IMG/VR virus record: IMGVR_UViG_3300021387_000272
Location: 1 to 64,000 of that record
DNA length: 64,000 nucleotides
Direction: 5' to 3' (one strand)
DNA from: a virus
Taxonomy: Duplodnaviria > Caudoviricetes
Position numbers and translations under genes: made by a program. Shown here in pieces: positions 1 to 8,970 of the stretch (positions within the stretch are counted from its first letter, which is position 1; every line of letters begins with the position of its first letter). The notes under the pieces were generated by a model. It saw only the letters and a list, made by a program, of their open reading frames with translations. It had not been told where the DNA came from and made no database searches.

Positions 1-252
1 TCAAAGGCAGACTACAGCCTGATTGAGCAGGCTTTGAATTGCCTATATGGTTCAACTTGTTTAATACCTTATCCAGATTATTTAAAGATGGGAAAATTAC
101 ATTTAGGTGAAATGACAGAAATGGCTCAGCGAATTAAGAAAGCTGAGAACACTAAGGTTGTCAAAGTACAAACAGAAGATGAACAGGATACAGACCCTGT
201 AGAGGATGTTGTAATTAACGATGTTCCTTCTTCTTTGTTTGAGAATCAATAA
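1..252 (+). CDS. 3' end of a conserved phage (probably virion) protein, truncated by the window start
   Basis: Frame 1 is open from base 1 (SKADYSLIEQALNCLYGSTCLIPYPDYLKMG...FENQ*) to TAA at 250-252; the track start at 34 is internal. Confidence 0.7.
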   Translation, partial: SKADYSLIEQALNCLYGSTCLIPYPDYLKMGKLHLGEMTEMAQRIKKAENTKVVKVQTEDEQDTDPVEDVVINDVPSSLFENQ

Positions 253-270
253 CAATAAAACTATAATACT

Positions 271-3200
271 ATGGGCTATATTAAGAAATTAAAGAACAAT
301 GAGCTTGTAGGAGGAACTGATAAGACTACTATCTATCCAGTTACTTCTACTAAAGCAGTATTTGAAGAGGTCACTGAAGGTGACAAGAGTAGTTTCAAAA
401 GCCAAGAGACTATTAATAAAGAGCAGCAGGATATCCTTGATAACCATGAAGAGAGGATTCAAGCTGCTGAAGTTGAAGACATCAAGAGTATCACCATTAA
501 TGGTAGTACCAAGAAATTTAGGGTAGATGATAACAACAATGTAGACCTTACTATCTATACTGTTGATAATGACCCTGAGATGCCTAGTATTGCAAGCAAT
601 GTTGAAGACCTTCGTAATATGGTGGGTACTTCAACTCCTGTACTAGAGACTTCTCATAAGACTAGAATTGAGACTCTTGAAGGAAATGATGCTGTTACTG
701 GTTCTGTGGAGAATAAGATTAAAACCAAGGTTGACTCTATTAATAGTTCTTATCAGGATGACAACAATGAGTATGTAAAATATTCTATGACTCAGACATC
801 TGGTAAGGTAACTAATTTCAATATTGATGAGACTAGTCTGAAGAATGCTATTACATCTCTAAATACTTCTATTAGTGGTGATAATATTGTAATTCGCTCA
901 GGTTCTACTCCTTCAGGAACTGGAGAAGCTGGAAAGATATATAGATATGTAAATAGTAGCAATAATACATACACAGACTATATGTATTCTGGGGGTAGTT
1001 GGGTTACATTAGCCATTCATGATACCAGCGATGAGCAATCACAAGTAGCTTACTATACTTGTACTGCAACAGGTAGTGGGGCTCAGGCAACTAAGCAGTT
1101 TGTAAGTAATGGCTCCCTTGAATATACTCCTTCTAGTGGAGGCCACATTAAGATTCTGATGGGAGAAGCTAATACTGCTACTGGTACTATAGAGCTTCAG
1201 TTTGGTACTAACACTGCTACAAGGAAGCCGTTAATATATAATGGGGAGCCTGCTTCCCAAAGTAACACATGGGATGACGGAGAAGTTCTTTCTATTTATT
1301 ATGACCCTACATATAGCAATAATACTGGAGCATACCAAGCTTCTAATGCTATGGGTGGTGGTTCTGCTGTTGGTAAAAAGAAATTAACTCCTCTTCAAGG
1401 TTATATAGAAAACAACGGGACTACTTTAGGAGCTATTCATACAACTAGTTCTGATAAAACTAACTATCGTTATATTAAATATCCTGCTAAAGAAGGGGAT
1501 GTCGTACAAATAAGTGGAACTGGAGCATCTACTGCAAGACTTTGGGGTATTGTAGGAGAAGAAGATGTAATGTTAGATGCAGCAGTCGCAAATCTTTCTG
1601 CTAGTGACCTTGTATTGGTAATGCCTGAAGGTACTACTTTTATTACATTAAATAGTAAAACTACTGCTAATCCTGAATGGTATTATGCTAAAGCTGGTTC
1701 TGTAGGTGCTCATGAAATATTAACAGAGCAATATATTTATAATAATATAAGGCAACTTACAACAGGAAAAACGTATTATCTGAATGAACAAGTTCAAACT
1801 CCTGATAGACGTATTCTCAGCATGACAACCCCTATAAAACCAATGAATGTATTTGACATTGTTTCTATTGGGGATTTAAAAATTTATGGAAATTCTACTT
1901 ATAAGGCTCAGAAAGATGTTAACATTTATGATTGGCAAAAGGAGGCCAATAGTGAGTATTCTGATGGAGACTATGCTATAGGTCGGCCTACTACTTATGC
2001 TATCGTTATTGATGACTCTGGGTTGACTATAGAAGAAACTGCAAATATTAGTGTTACCATAGGAGAAGTTACAAACATTATCGAGTTGACTTCTGAAAGC
2101 ACTGCAACTAAAATAGCAGAGGATATTGTCGATGCCTTTACCAGTATTGATGGTTGGGAACTAGTAGACAATCTTGATGGTACTTTGACATTAAGAAGTC
2201 ATGATGTTGATAATAAAACTATTTCTATAGTATCTAATGTTGGAGATACTGGACTTGTCATAACTCCTACAAAAACAAAAGGCAATATTATATTAGCTCA
2301 ATATGTAGAAGGTGTGTGGTCTGATGTAGCTATTGCTGATTATGCTGCTGATAGTGGAGAAGAAGCTATGTGGAGTTCCGCATTGACTTATACTGATTTA
2401 CTTGTATATACAGAGCAAGCTTATATTCCTAAATTATATGATTCTTTTGGAAGAAATACTGACGGTGGCATAAATCAAAGTACACTATATGAATATAGTA
2501 CTTTTAAAGGAGAATCTGATTTAGGAGAAGCAGGTTCTTTTACTCGTATTATAAATGCAAGTGGGGAGTGGACAGACAGTAGAACTGGTCATTCATTTAG
2601 AGCATTACATGTTTTTCCTGGTGAAAAATATCGTATAAAAGCAAATGCAACGCAAACTAGTTTTTTTGCATGGCTTACTTCTCTTGGTGTTTCTGGAGGT
2701 CCCTATTATGCGCCTGGATATGATAATAGGTTTGCAGTAGCAGCTAATAAAGAAGAAGATGTTGTAGTTCCAGAAGGCACCGTTTATATGTATATATGTA
2801 ATACAAATAATGGAACTTTACAAATTCCTCAAAGCGTCGTTAAAATAGATGATTTAAAAGATACTGTTGCAAAGAATAAGGAAGATATTAATGATATATT
2901 CTATAATAAAATACACTCTGAAGAAAGTATTAATATAGCAACTTATCCTTCTAAACCTTATTGTATTGCGCAAGGCACTCATAAATGGAGTGTAACAGGT
3001 GCTGTAGCATCTGACAAAAGAAATCATTTTATTATTCCTGTAGGAACATTTGATTATTTTAAAATTACTGCAAGTGCTTCTGCAAGAACTGTTTATGCCT
3101 GGTTGAAGACAGATAACTATTCTTCTGAAGGCAGTGTGGATTGGGCAAGCGGAGAAATTCACGAACATCAAATTCTTGCAGGAACTACTGAATTAACAAC

Positions 3201-4236
3201 AAGACGTCCTGCTGATGCAAATTATTTGTATATAACTAGACAAAATGATTCCAATTTTACTCCTGCTGCTATTTGGGGTTGCTCTCCAACTTCCGAAGCA
3301 ATATCTGATTTGTCAGACAGAGTATCTGCATTAGAAGGGCATACTGAATTTACTCTTCCGTATGCAGGCGAAAAAGTAGATTTAAGAACTTACCATTATA
3401 GAATTGCTACTTGGATTGATAATAGTATAGATTCTGGTAAATTTATACAACAACATCAAAGTGGTGCTTGTTTTGGAGATTATTACTTTATGTTTAAGGA
3501 TAACTATGCCAAAATATTTATTTATAATCTAAGAACAAAAAAACATCTTTACACTATTGATGGTATAAGTGGAAAATCAGCAGAAAGATATCATTGTAAT
3601 CAGTGTACATTTGGTACTATTTATCATACTTCTGGAGACCCGTTCCCATTATTATATGTCACTGCCAATAATGATAGTGAAGGTAGATGTGCGCAAGATG
3701 TATTCAGAATAACTGCTGAATATGATTTTATAACAGAAGAGTATACTTCTTTTGCACTTACTCAAGTTCAAACTATTAAATTACCTATAATGACTGAAGA
3801 TAACTGTCTTGGTAATGCTAATATGGCTATTGATACTTTTAGGAATAAAATGGTATTTTATTCTAGAGATAACGACGAAAGGTCTCCTAATCACTGGTGC
3901 AAAATCAGTGAAATGAATATTCCTGCGCTTGGAGAAGACGGAGAAGTTATAATTTTGGATGACTCCGCTATCTTAACAAACTACTTTATTAATTCTGGTG
4001 CTGCCCTCATGCAAGGAGGAACAATATATGCTGATAAACTATTTATTGCAAGAGGTTATGAAAGTGCTGGTTATATAACCTTAGTAGTAGTTGACCTTAT
4101 TGGAAAACGTCAGATTGCAGAACTTCCTCTGCTTAAAAATGGGTTCAATAAAGAACCTGAAGGAGTATTCTTCTATGATGGAATTTTAAGAATATCTGCT
4201 AATAATAGTAATTTCTATTCTATTCAATTTGAATAA
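271..4236 (+). CDS. Large tail fibre / receptor-binding protein, 1321 aa, mosaic
   Basis: N-terminal TTIYPVT motif typical of Bacteroidota phage fibres; fibre domain YYTCTAT...NTATG...YNG...WDDGEVLSIYYD; beta-rich C-terminus with propeller-like repeats. Confidence 0.7.
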   Translation: MGYIKKLKNNELVGGTDKTTIYPVTSTKAVFEEVTEGDKSSFKSQETINKEQQDILDNHEERIQAAEVEDIKSITINGSTKKFRVDDNNNVDLTIYTVDNDPEMPSIASNVEDLRNMVGTSTPVLETSHKTRIETLEGNDAVTGSVENKIKTKVDSINSSYQDDNNEYVKYSMTQTSGKVTNFNIDETSLKNAITSLNTSISGDNIVIRSGSTPSGTGEAGKIYRYVNSSNNTYTDYMYSGGSWVTLAIHDTSDEQSQVAYYTCTATGSGAQATKQFVSNGSLEYTPSSGGHIKILMGEANTATGTIELQFGTNTATRKPLIYNGEPASQSNTWDDGEVLSIYYDPTYSNNTGAYQASNAMGGGSAVGKKKLTPLQGYIENNGTTLGAIHTTSSDKTNYRYIKYPAKEGDVVQISGTGASTARLWGIVGEEDVMLDAAVANLSASDLVLVMPEGTTFITLNSKTTANPEWYYAKAGSVGAHEILTEQYIYNNIRQLTTGKTYYLNEQVQTPDRRILSMTTPIKPMNVFDIVSIGDLKIYGNSTYKAQKDVNIYDWQKEANSEYSDGDYAIGRPTTYAIVIDDSGLTIEETANISVTIGEVTNIIELTSESTATKIAEDIVDAFTSIDGWELVDNLDGTLTLRSHDVDNKTISIVSNVGDTGLVITPTKTKGNIILAQYVEGVWSDVAIADYAADSGEEAMWSSALTYTDLLVYTEQAYIPKLYDSFGRNTDGGINQSTLYEYSTFKGESDLGEAGSFTRIINASGEWTDSRTGHSFRALHVFPGEKYRIKANATQTSFFAWLTSLGVSGGPYYAPGYDNRFAVAANKEEDVVVPEGTVYMYICNTNNGTLQIPQSVVKIDDLKDTVAKNKEDINDIFYNKIHSEESINIATYPSKPYCIAQGTHKWSVTGAVASDKRNHFIIPVGTFDYFKITASASARTVYAWLKTDNYSSEGSVDWASGEIHEHQILAGTTELTTRRPADANYLYITRQNDSNFTPAAIWGCSPTSEAISDLSDRVSALEGHTEFTLPYAGEKVDLRTYHYRIATWIDNSIDSGKFIQQHQSGACFGDYYFMFKDNYAKIFIYNLRTKKHLYTIDGISGKSAERYHCNQCTFGTIYHTSGDPFPLLYVTANNDSEGRCAQDVFRITAEYDFITEEYTSFALTQVQTIKLPIMTEDNCLGNANMAIDTFRNKMVFYSRDNDERSPNHWCKISEMNIPALGEDGEVIILDDSAILTNYFINSGAALMQGGTIYADKLFIARGYESAGYITLVVVDLIGKRQIAELPLLKNGFNKEPEGVFFYDGILRISANNSNFYSIQFE

Positions 4237-4250
4237 TCGGTTTATAAGCT

Positions 4251-4586
4251 ATGGCAACGTATAGGAATAAGAATGATGATACCATATTCTATGGTGGAGA
4301 GTTCAAGCTGAAAGTCAGCATGGACACTATAGGTGGGTACGATATGGATGATGTAAATTTCAAATGTACATTCTCTACAGGTAATGCTTCAGTGGTGCTT
4401 CAAAAAAGTGATATGTTTCCAGTAACTGGTGACCCAACTACTTATATAGCTCCTTTAGATAGCACTGTATTAGGTAGAGGAACTCTTACTGTTAAATATG
4501 AAGTGGATATTCCAGATACCGAATTCACTGATGACAATCTCAGGCATGAGGTAGTGGAGATTCCAACTAAAATCAAGATTAAATGA
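4251..4586 (+). CDS. Small Ig-like (BppU-like) tail/fibre adaptor protein
   Basis: MDDVNFKCTF...LDSTVLGRGTL...IPDTEF...RHEVV pattern; lies between fibre genes. Confidence 0.55.
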   Translation: MATYRNKNDDTIFYGGEFKLKVSMDTIGGYDMDDVNFKCTFSTGNASVVLQKSDMFPVTGDPTTYIAPLDSTVLGRGTLTVKYEVDIPDTEFTDDNLRHEVVEIPTKIKIK

Positions 4587-4900
4587 GTTGTATATCTGCA
4601 AAAGTAACAAAAGCCTCAGAGCCTTGTGATGTTCAAGTCAGCAAGACTGAAGGTATAGGAGTAGTGGTGATGGCTGTTATTTCAGCTGTCACTGCTGCTG
4701 TTACTTTTGTCTCCTCTCTCATAGTTAAGGCTACCAGTGTTCCTGGAGCGAATGCTGAGGTAGCCTTAGAGGAGAGAGTGAATGTAGAGGTAGGCATCAT
4801 CTGCACTGTCAAGCTCTCTGAGGAATTAGAGATGTGGTGGTGTGATGGATGGAAAGCACTGTGGAATAACTCAAAGAAGATACTATGGCAAACGGAATAG
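4583..4900 (+). CDS. Hypothetical fibre-associated protein, 105 aa
   Basis: ATGA-type overlap with the upstream gene; Val/Ala-rich, beta-strand-like. Confidence 0.6.
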   Translation: MSCISAKVTKASEPCDVQVSKTEGIGVVVMAVISAVTAAVTFVSSLIVKATSVPGANAEVALEERVNVEVGIICTVKLSEELEMWWCDGWKALWNNSKKILWQTE

Positions 4901-6213
4901 CTATAAAAGATGTTGATAATAAGCTCCAGTCTCTTGAAGGGGAAGAAGTAATCCCTATCAGTACTGGAGCCAATGAGCCTGAGGTTGTAGAAGTAGACAC
5001 TCTGAAGGAATATATTAATGCAGATATAGATACTGCTCTTGAAGGAAAGCAAGATGTCATTAATGACCTTGCTACTATCAGGAATGGGGCTGCATTAGGT
5101 GCTACTGCTTTGCAGAGTTATACAGAAAGTGACCCAACTGTTCCTGCTTGGGCTAAAGCAGAGCAAAAACCTTCTTACACAGCCTCTGAAGTAGGGGCTG
5201 TACCTACTACCAGGAAGATAAACAACAAGGTTCTGAGCTCAGATATTACTCTTACAGCATCGGATGTAAATGCTCTTCCAAGCTCAACTGTCATTCCTGC
5301 TGCCCAGATTCAGAGTGACTGGAATCAGAGTAATACTTCTGCCAAGGACTTTATCAAGAATAAGCCGACAATTCCAACTATTCCATCAAATGTATCTGCA
5401 TTCACCAATGATGCGGGATATTTAACAGAGCATCAGGATATCAGCGGAAAGGCCAACTCTGATGACTTGGCAACAGTGGCTTTCAGCGGTGATTATGAGG
5501 ACTTGACAAATACTCCTACAATCCCTGATGTGCCTGAGTGGGCTATGTCTTCCACTAAGCCTTCATATACAGTCAGTGAGATTGATGGAGCACAGGAGGA
5601 ACTTGTGAGCGGCACTAATATCAAGACAATCAATGGAACCTCTGTTCTTGGCAGTGGTAATATTACCATCCAAGGTGGTGGAGGTGGTGATGTCAATGTG
5701 ATTGAGAGCATCACCTTCAATGGAAGTGCTGTTCCTGTGGATTCAAGCAAGAATGCAGCCATCACATATTCTGCTCCTGTTACTTCGGTGAATGGAAATA
5801 CAGGGGCTGTGACTATCAGTATCCCTACGAAGGTTTCTGATTTGACAAATGACAGTGGATTTATCACTTCATACACGGAAACTGACCCCGTGTTTAGTGC
5901 AAGTGCTGCCGCCTCTATTACACCTTCTGATATTACTGCTTGGAATGGAAAGAGTACTTTTAGCGGTAGTTACAATGATTTGACTGACAAGCCAACTCTC
6001 TTTAGTGGTGACTACAATGATTTGTCTAATAAGCCTATTATACCTACAGTACCTTCAAATGTAAGTGCTTTTACAAATGATGCAGGATACACCACTAATA
6101 CAGGTACTGTAACTTCTACAGGAGGAACTGTTACCGTGAATAACATTCAAGTGGTATCTGCCCTTCCTGCTTCTCCTGACCCTAATACACTCTATTTAAT
6201 TCCTGAGTCATGA
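4885..6213 (+). CDS. Tail fibre shaft protein with internal repeats, 442 aa
   Basis: Repeats PSNVSAFTNDAGY (x2) and PTKVSDLTNDSGF; FSGDYEDL, FSGSYNDL and FSGDYNDL; PAWAKAEQKPSYT and PEWAMSSTKPSYT; ends PDPNTLYLIPE. Confidence 0.75.
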   Translation: MANGIAIKDVDNKLQSLEGEEVIPISTGANEPEVVEVDTLKEYINADIDTALEGKQDVINDLATIRNGAALGATALQSYTESDPTVPAWAKAEQKPSYTASEVGAVPTTRKINNKVLSSDITLTASDVNALPSSTVIPAAQIQSDWNQSNTSAKDFIKNKPTIPTIPSNVSAFTNDAGYLTEHQDISGKANSDDLATVAFSGDYEDLTNTPTIPDVPEWAMSSTKPSYTVSEIDGAQEELVSGTNIKTINGTSVLGSGNITIQGGGGGDVNVIESITFNGSAVPVDSSKNAAITYSAPVTSVNGNTGAVTISIPTKVSDLTNDSGFITSYTETDPVFSASAAASITPSDITAWNGKSTFSGSYNDLTDKPTLFSGDYNDLSNKPIIPTVPSNVSAFTNDAGYTTNTGTVTSTGGTVTVNNIQVVSALPASPDPNTLYLIPES

Positions 6214-6866
6214 TTAATATTGGTGGAAATATAGCAGAGATGTCTGTTGGGAATATCTCTATTGGAAGTGCTTATGTTGGGAACCAGCTTGTATGGGAGA
6301 AGACAAGTGATATTCCTGGATATACTAGATTAAGTCGCCTTGAAAACACATCTGACGTTTATATAGATACAGAATATTATCCAAATGCTAAGACGAAGGT
6401 TATATGTGATATGCAGTTTACTTCTGTCATAAAGCAGTCTATACTTTTTGGTACTAGTAATGCTGGCAATGTATGGTTTTCTTTGTATGTTAATAATTAT
6501 AATACCTATACTGTGCAAGCAAGGTCTGGTTCAACAGCAGAAAGTAGAACAAGTACAACTGTTAATACAGCAAGACATACTTTTGAGCTTGATGCAACAT
6601 TAAAAAAGTTCTATATAGATGGGACTTTAATAAGAAACTTGACAAGAGGCATTGGTGCAAGTGCAGTATCTACTTACCCAATCGCTATTTGGAGATATAC
6701 TACAGGAGGTGCAGCGTCACATAGTATACTGTATTCTTTTAAAATATATGATGATGACATATTAGTTAGAGACTTTATACCTGTACAGGAAGAATTAACT
6801 GGTGATTATGGCGTATGGGATAAGGTAAATGAGAAATTTCATAAAATTCAAACAGATACAGTATAA
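6210..6866 (+). CDS. Fibre tip / lectin-like (LamG/ConA-like) beta-sandwich protein, 218 aa
   Basis: YIDTEYYPNAKTKVICD...FYIDG...YSFKIYDDDILVRDFIPV...YGVWDKV pattern; ATGA-coupled to the fibre gene. Confidence 0.6.
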   Translation: MINIGGNIAEMSVGNISIGSAYVGNQLVWEKTSDIPGYTRLSRLENTSDVYIDTEYYPNAKTKVICDMQFTSVIKQSILFGTSNAGNVWFSLYVNNYNTYTVQARSGSTAESRTSTTVNTARHTFELDATLKKFYIDGTLIRNLTRGIGASAVSTYPIAIWRYTTGGAASHSILYSFKIYDDDILVRDFIPVQEELTGDYGVWDKVNEKFHKIQTDTV

Positions 6867-7020
6867 CATGATATTTTTGTTTCCATAAGTTAGTAAATAG
6901 TTTTTTCATAGTTAGAATCGTAGATAACTTCTGGTGAGAAGTGTGTTTCATGTGAATGATTTGTTTATAGTTAGTTATTAAGGTTAAGCTAAAAATTTTC
7001 TTTTTTGTTAGTAAGAGGGG

Positions 7021-7050
7021 AACTGTCTACCTGAGAAGGTAGACAGTTTT
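7021..7050 (+). terminator. Intrinsic terminator
   Basis: Perfect 12-bp stem AACTGTCTACCT-GAGA-AGGTAGACAGTT followed by a T run. Confidence 0.85.
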
Positions 7051-7069
7051 GTTATTAAAGAATAATTTA

Positions 7070-7103
7070 TTTGGAAGTATAAATAATATTGTTTATCTTT
7101 GCA
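7070..7103 (+). promoter_or_regulatory. Bacteroidota sigma-A type promoter
   Basis: TTTG (7070-7073), 20-nt spacer, TATCTTTG (7094-7101), then CA. Confidence 0.85.
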
Positions 7104-7121
7104 ACATAAATCTTCAGTATT

Positions 7122-7250
7122 ATGGCAAAGAAAGTAAAAACAAATATTAAGGCAAGAGGAGGCAGGACTAACAGTCTTAAACCCATGGCCCCAAAAGCAG
7201 GTGTAACTACTCATAAAAGTAGGTATGGAGGAGGAGGTAAGCTTAAGTAA
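7122..7250 (+). CDS. Small basic peptide, 42 aa, absent from the ORF track
   Basis: MAKKVKTNIKARGGRTNSLKPMAPKAGVTTHKSRYGGGGKLK*; first ATG after the 7094 promoter, in an A-rich start context. Confidence 0.75.
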   Translation: MAKKVKTNIKARGGRTNSLKPMAPKAGVTTHKSRYGGGGKLK

Positions 7251-7611
7251 GTTTCTTTATAAAGTAGAACTCCTAGCTATAAAGTATATACCAGTAGTTA
7301 TTGCTTTTATATACTTTTTAAGCTCAGTGCTATCCTGTGTAAATATAGAAGCTCCTATATTATCTTATATAGGGGGAATGTCTTTGCTGACTATTATATT
7401 CTTATATCTTACTTCCTATGTATTCAGGTTTTGTGAGTATCATAGACTTCCACTACATTATATTGTAGTATCTGATGTCATAAACTACATAGACTATTAC
7501 ATTGGAATTCCGTTAGGATATAGAGGAATGCTGGTCTTACAAGTGCTGTTGGCAGGTGCCACTATCTTAGGTATTCTTTGTTTAAAGTATAAGGTATGCA
7601 AGAAGAGTTAG
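7225..7611 (+). CDS. Integral membrane protein, 128 aa (3-4 predicted helices)
   Basis: Several 18-22 aa hydrophobic runs; overlaps both neighbouring genes. Confidence 0.75.
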   Translation: MEEEVSLSKFLYKVELLAIKYIPVVIAFIYFLSSVLSCVNIEAPILSYIGGMSLLTIIFLYLTSYVFRFCEYHRLPLHYIVVSDVINYIDYYIGIPLGYRGMLVLQVLLAGATILGILCLKYKVCKKS

Positions 7612-7883
7612 TAAAAGCAGTAGCTAAGAAGATGCACGAAATTGCTGATGAGATGAGTGCAGGAAACTCTAGGTTATCAGAAGAATCTTTGATGACCATT
7701 GCTAGTGTGTTAACTCATAGGCCTATGAGTATGGAAGCTGCTTGTAAGTATCTAAATATGTCTAGAAGTAAATTTACCACCAAAGTATCTCAGGGGTTAA
7801 TTCCAAAAGGCAGGAAGCAATTTGGATGGAAGGAACTCTGTTGGTATGAGGATGAACTAGAGAAATGTAAAACCAAGCTGTAG
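7596..7883 (+). CDS. AlpA/excisionase-like winged-helix DNA-binding protein
   Basis: MSMEAACKYLNMSRSKFTTKVSQGLIPKGRK...WYEDEL matches the AlpA/Xis HTH pattern. Confidence 0.75.
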   Translation: MQEELVKAVAKKMHEIADEMSAGNSRLSEESLMTIASVLTHRPMSMEAACKYLNMSRSKFTTKVSQGLIPKGRKQFGWKELCWYEDELEKCKTKL

Positions 7884-7923
7884 TAATTTAGTTATATAAC
7901 TTGCATTATTTAAACGTTCTTAT

Positions 7924-7933
7924 TACCTTTGCA
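7924..7933 (+). promoter_or_regulatory. Promoter -7 element for the lysis cassette
   Basis: TACCTTTGCA located about 20 nt upstream of ATG 7953. Confidence 0.7.
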
Positions 7934-7952
7934 TCAGAGAAATAAGGTAATT

Positions 7953-8570
7953 ATGAATGTGAAAGACTACATAAGGACTGGTTTAGGAGTACTACTTCTT
8001 GTCGGAGTAGCTGCTCTATTCTACTATGTAAGGGAGACTGCCAAATTTAAAGAGCTCTACCTTAAAGAACTTACTAACGTAAAAGCATATCAGTCGGAAA
8101 ATAATGATTTAAAAAATCAATCTATTGCACACTTAATGACAATAGACCAACTGATTTCCTCAAAAGATTCTACTGATATTGCTCTTAAAGAGGCTTTAAA
8201 AAAGCTCAGTATTAAACCAAAGAATGTAGTAAGTGCAGGGTCAGTTACCTCCAATATAGAGAAAAAAGATAGTATCATTTTCCGTGATACAGTATTCATA
8301 AAGAATTTAAGTTTGGATACATTAATAGGGGATAAGTGGTATAAAGCTCAGTTGGGTTTAAAATATCCCTCAAAGATAGATTTGACAGTATCCATGAAAA
8401 GTGTTAAGCACATTATTGTGCATAACAAGAGAGAGACAATTAATCCTCCCAAGAAGTTTTGGTTATGGAGATTATTCCAGAAAAAGCATACAATACAAGA
8501 AGTTGTTGTTGATGAGGAAAATCCATATATTGAAGCAGAAAGTCAGAAGTTTATTAACATAGTAAAATAA
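7953..8570 (+). CDS. Putative spanin-like protein (DUF6549-like)
   Basis: Probable start ATG 7953 (the track start at 7929 lies inside the promoter); N-terminal TM helix, coiled coil, C-terminal PPKKFWLWRLFQKKH. Confidence 0.6.
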   Translation: MNVKDYIRTGLGVLLLVGVAALFYYVRETAKFKELYLKELTNVKAYQSENNDLKNQSIAHLMTIDQLISSKDSTDIALKEALKKLSIKPKNVVSAGSVTSNIEKKDSIIFRDTVFIKNLSLDTLIGDKWYKAQLGLKYPSKIDLTVSMKSVKHIIVHNKRETINPPKKFWLWRLFQKKHTIQEVVVDEENPYIEAESQKFINIVK

Positions 8571-8583
8571 GGGAGGATTAGTT

Positions 8584-8970
8584 ATGAGCATTAATCAATT
8601 TGAACAGGGACTTTCTCAGAAGACCAAAGATAAGTTCCAATATGGGATGGCTGGGTTTTTGATACTCACGGCAGTTATCCTCGCATTTGTCTCCTTTATC
8701 ATTACACTGACTGTAGGTACAGGAGTCATAGCATGGGGAGGCTTGTGTATGGGAACTGCCTTAACGCTGATAGGAGGAGGCATGTACTTCCACAACCAGT
8801 TAGTTACCTTTGAAACTAAGGCCAACAGGAAAATGGAAGAAATGTCACAGCAGATGGATATGGAGTTACGCAGGATGAACAGACATCCTTACTCTGGAGG
8901 GCAGGCAATGAGTAAAGAAAATAACTTTAATGTAGAAGAAGATGGAACTGAAATTGCGGAGAATAGCTAA
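8584..8970 (+). CDS. Putative holin
   Basis: Two TM segments and a charged C-terminal tail; sits between the spanin-like and endolysin-like genes. Confidence 0.6.
   Translation: MSINQFEQGLSQKTKDKFQYGMAGFLILTAVILAFVSFIITLTVGTGVIAWGGLCMGTALTLIGGGMYFHNQLVTFETKANRKMEEMSQQMDMELRRMNRHPYSGGQAMSKENNFNVEEDGTEIAENS

Noticed and set aside
271-6866. Diversity-generating retroelement or invertible tail-fibre switch
   Set aside because: No reverse transcriptase, no TR/VR pair differing at adenines, no recombinase and no flanking inverted repeats were found. The repeats seen are diverged in-frame shaft repeats.
6867-7020. CRISPR mini-array
   Set aside because: The repeated units are only 8-9 nt, irregularly spaced and have no spacer-length intervals.
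7596-7883. Evidence of a temperate lifestyle from the Xis-like gene
   Set aside because: No integrase, repressor or att site is visible in the window, and AlpA-like folds have other roles.
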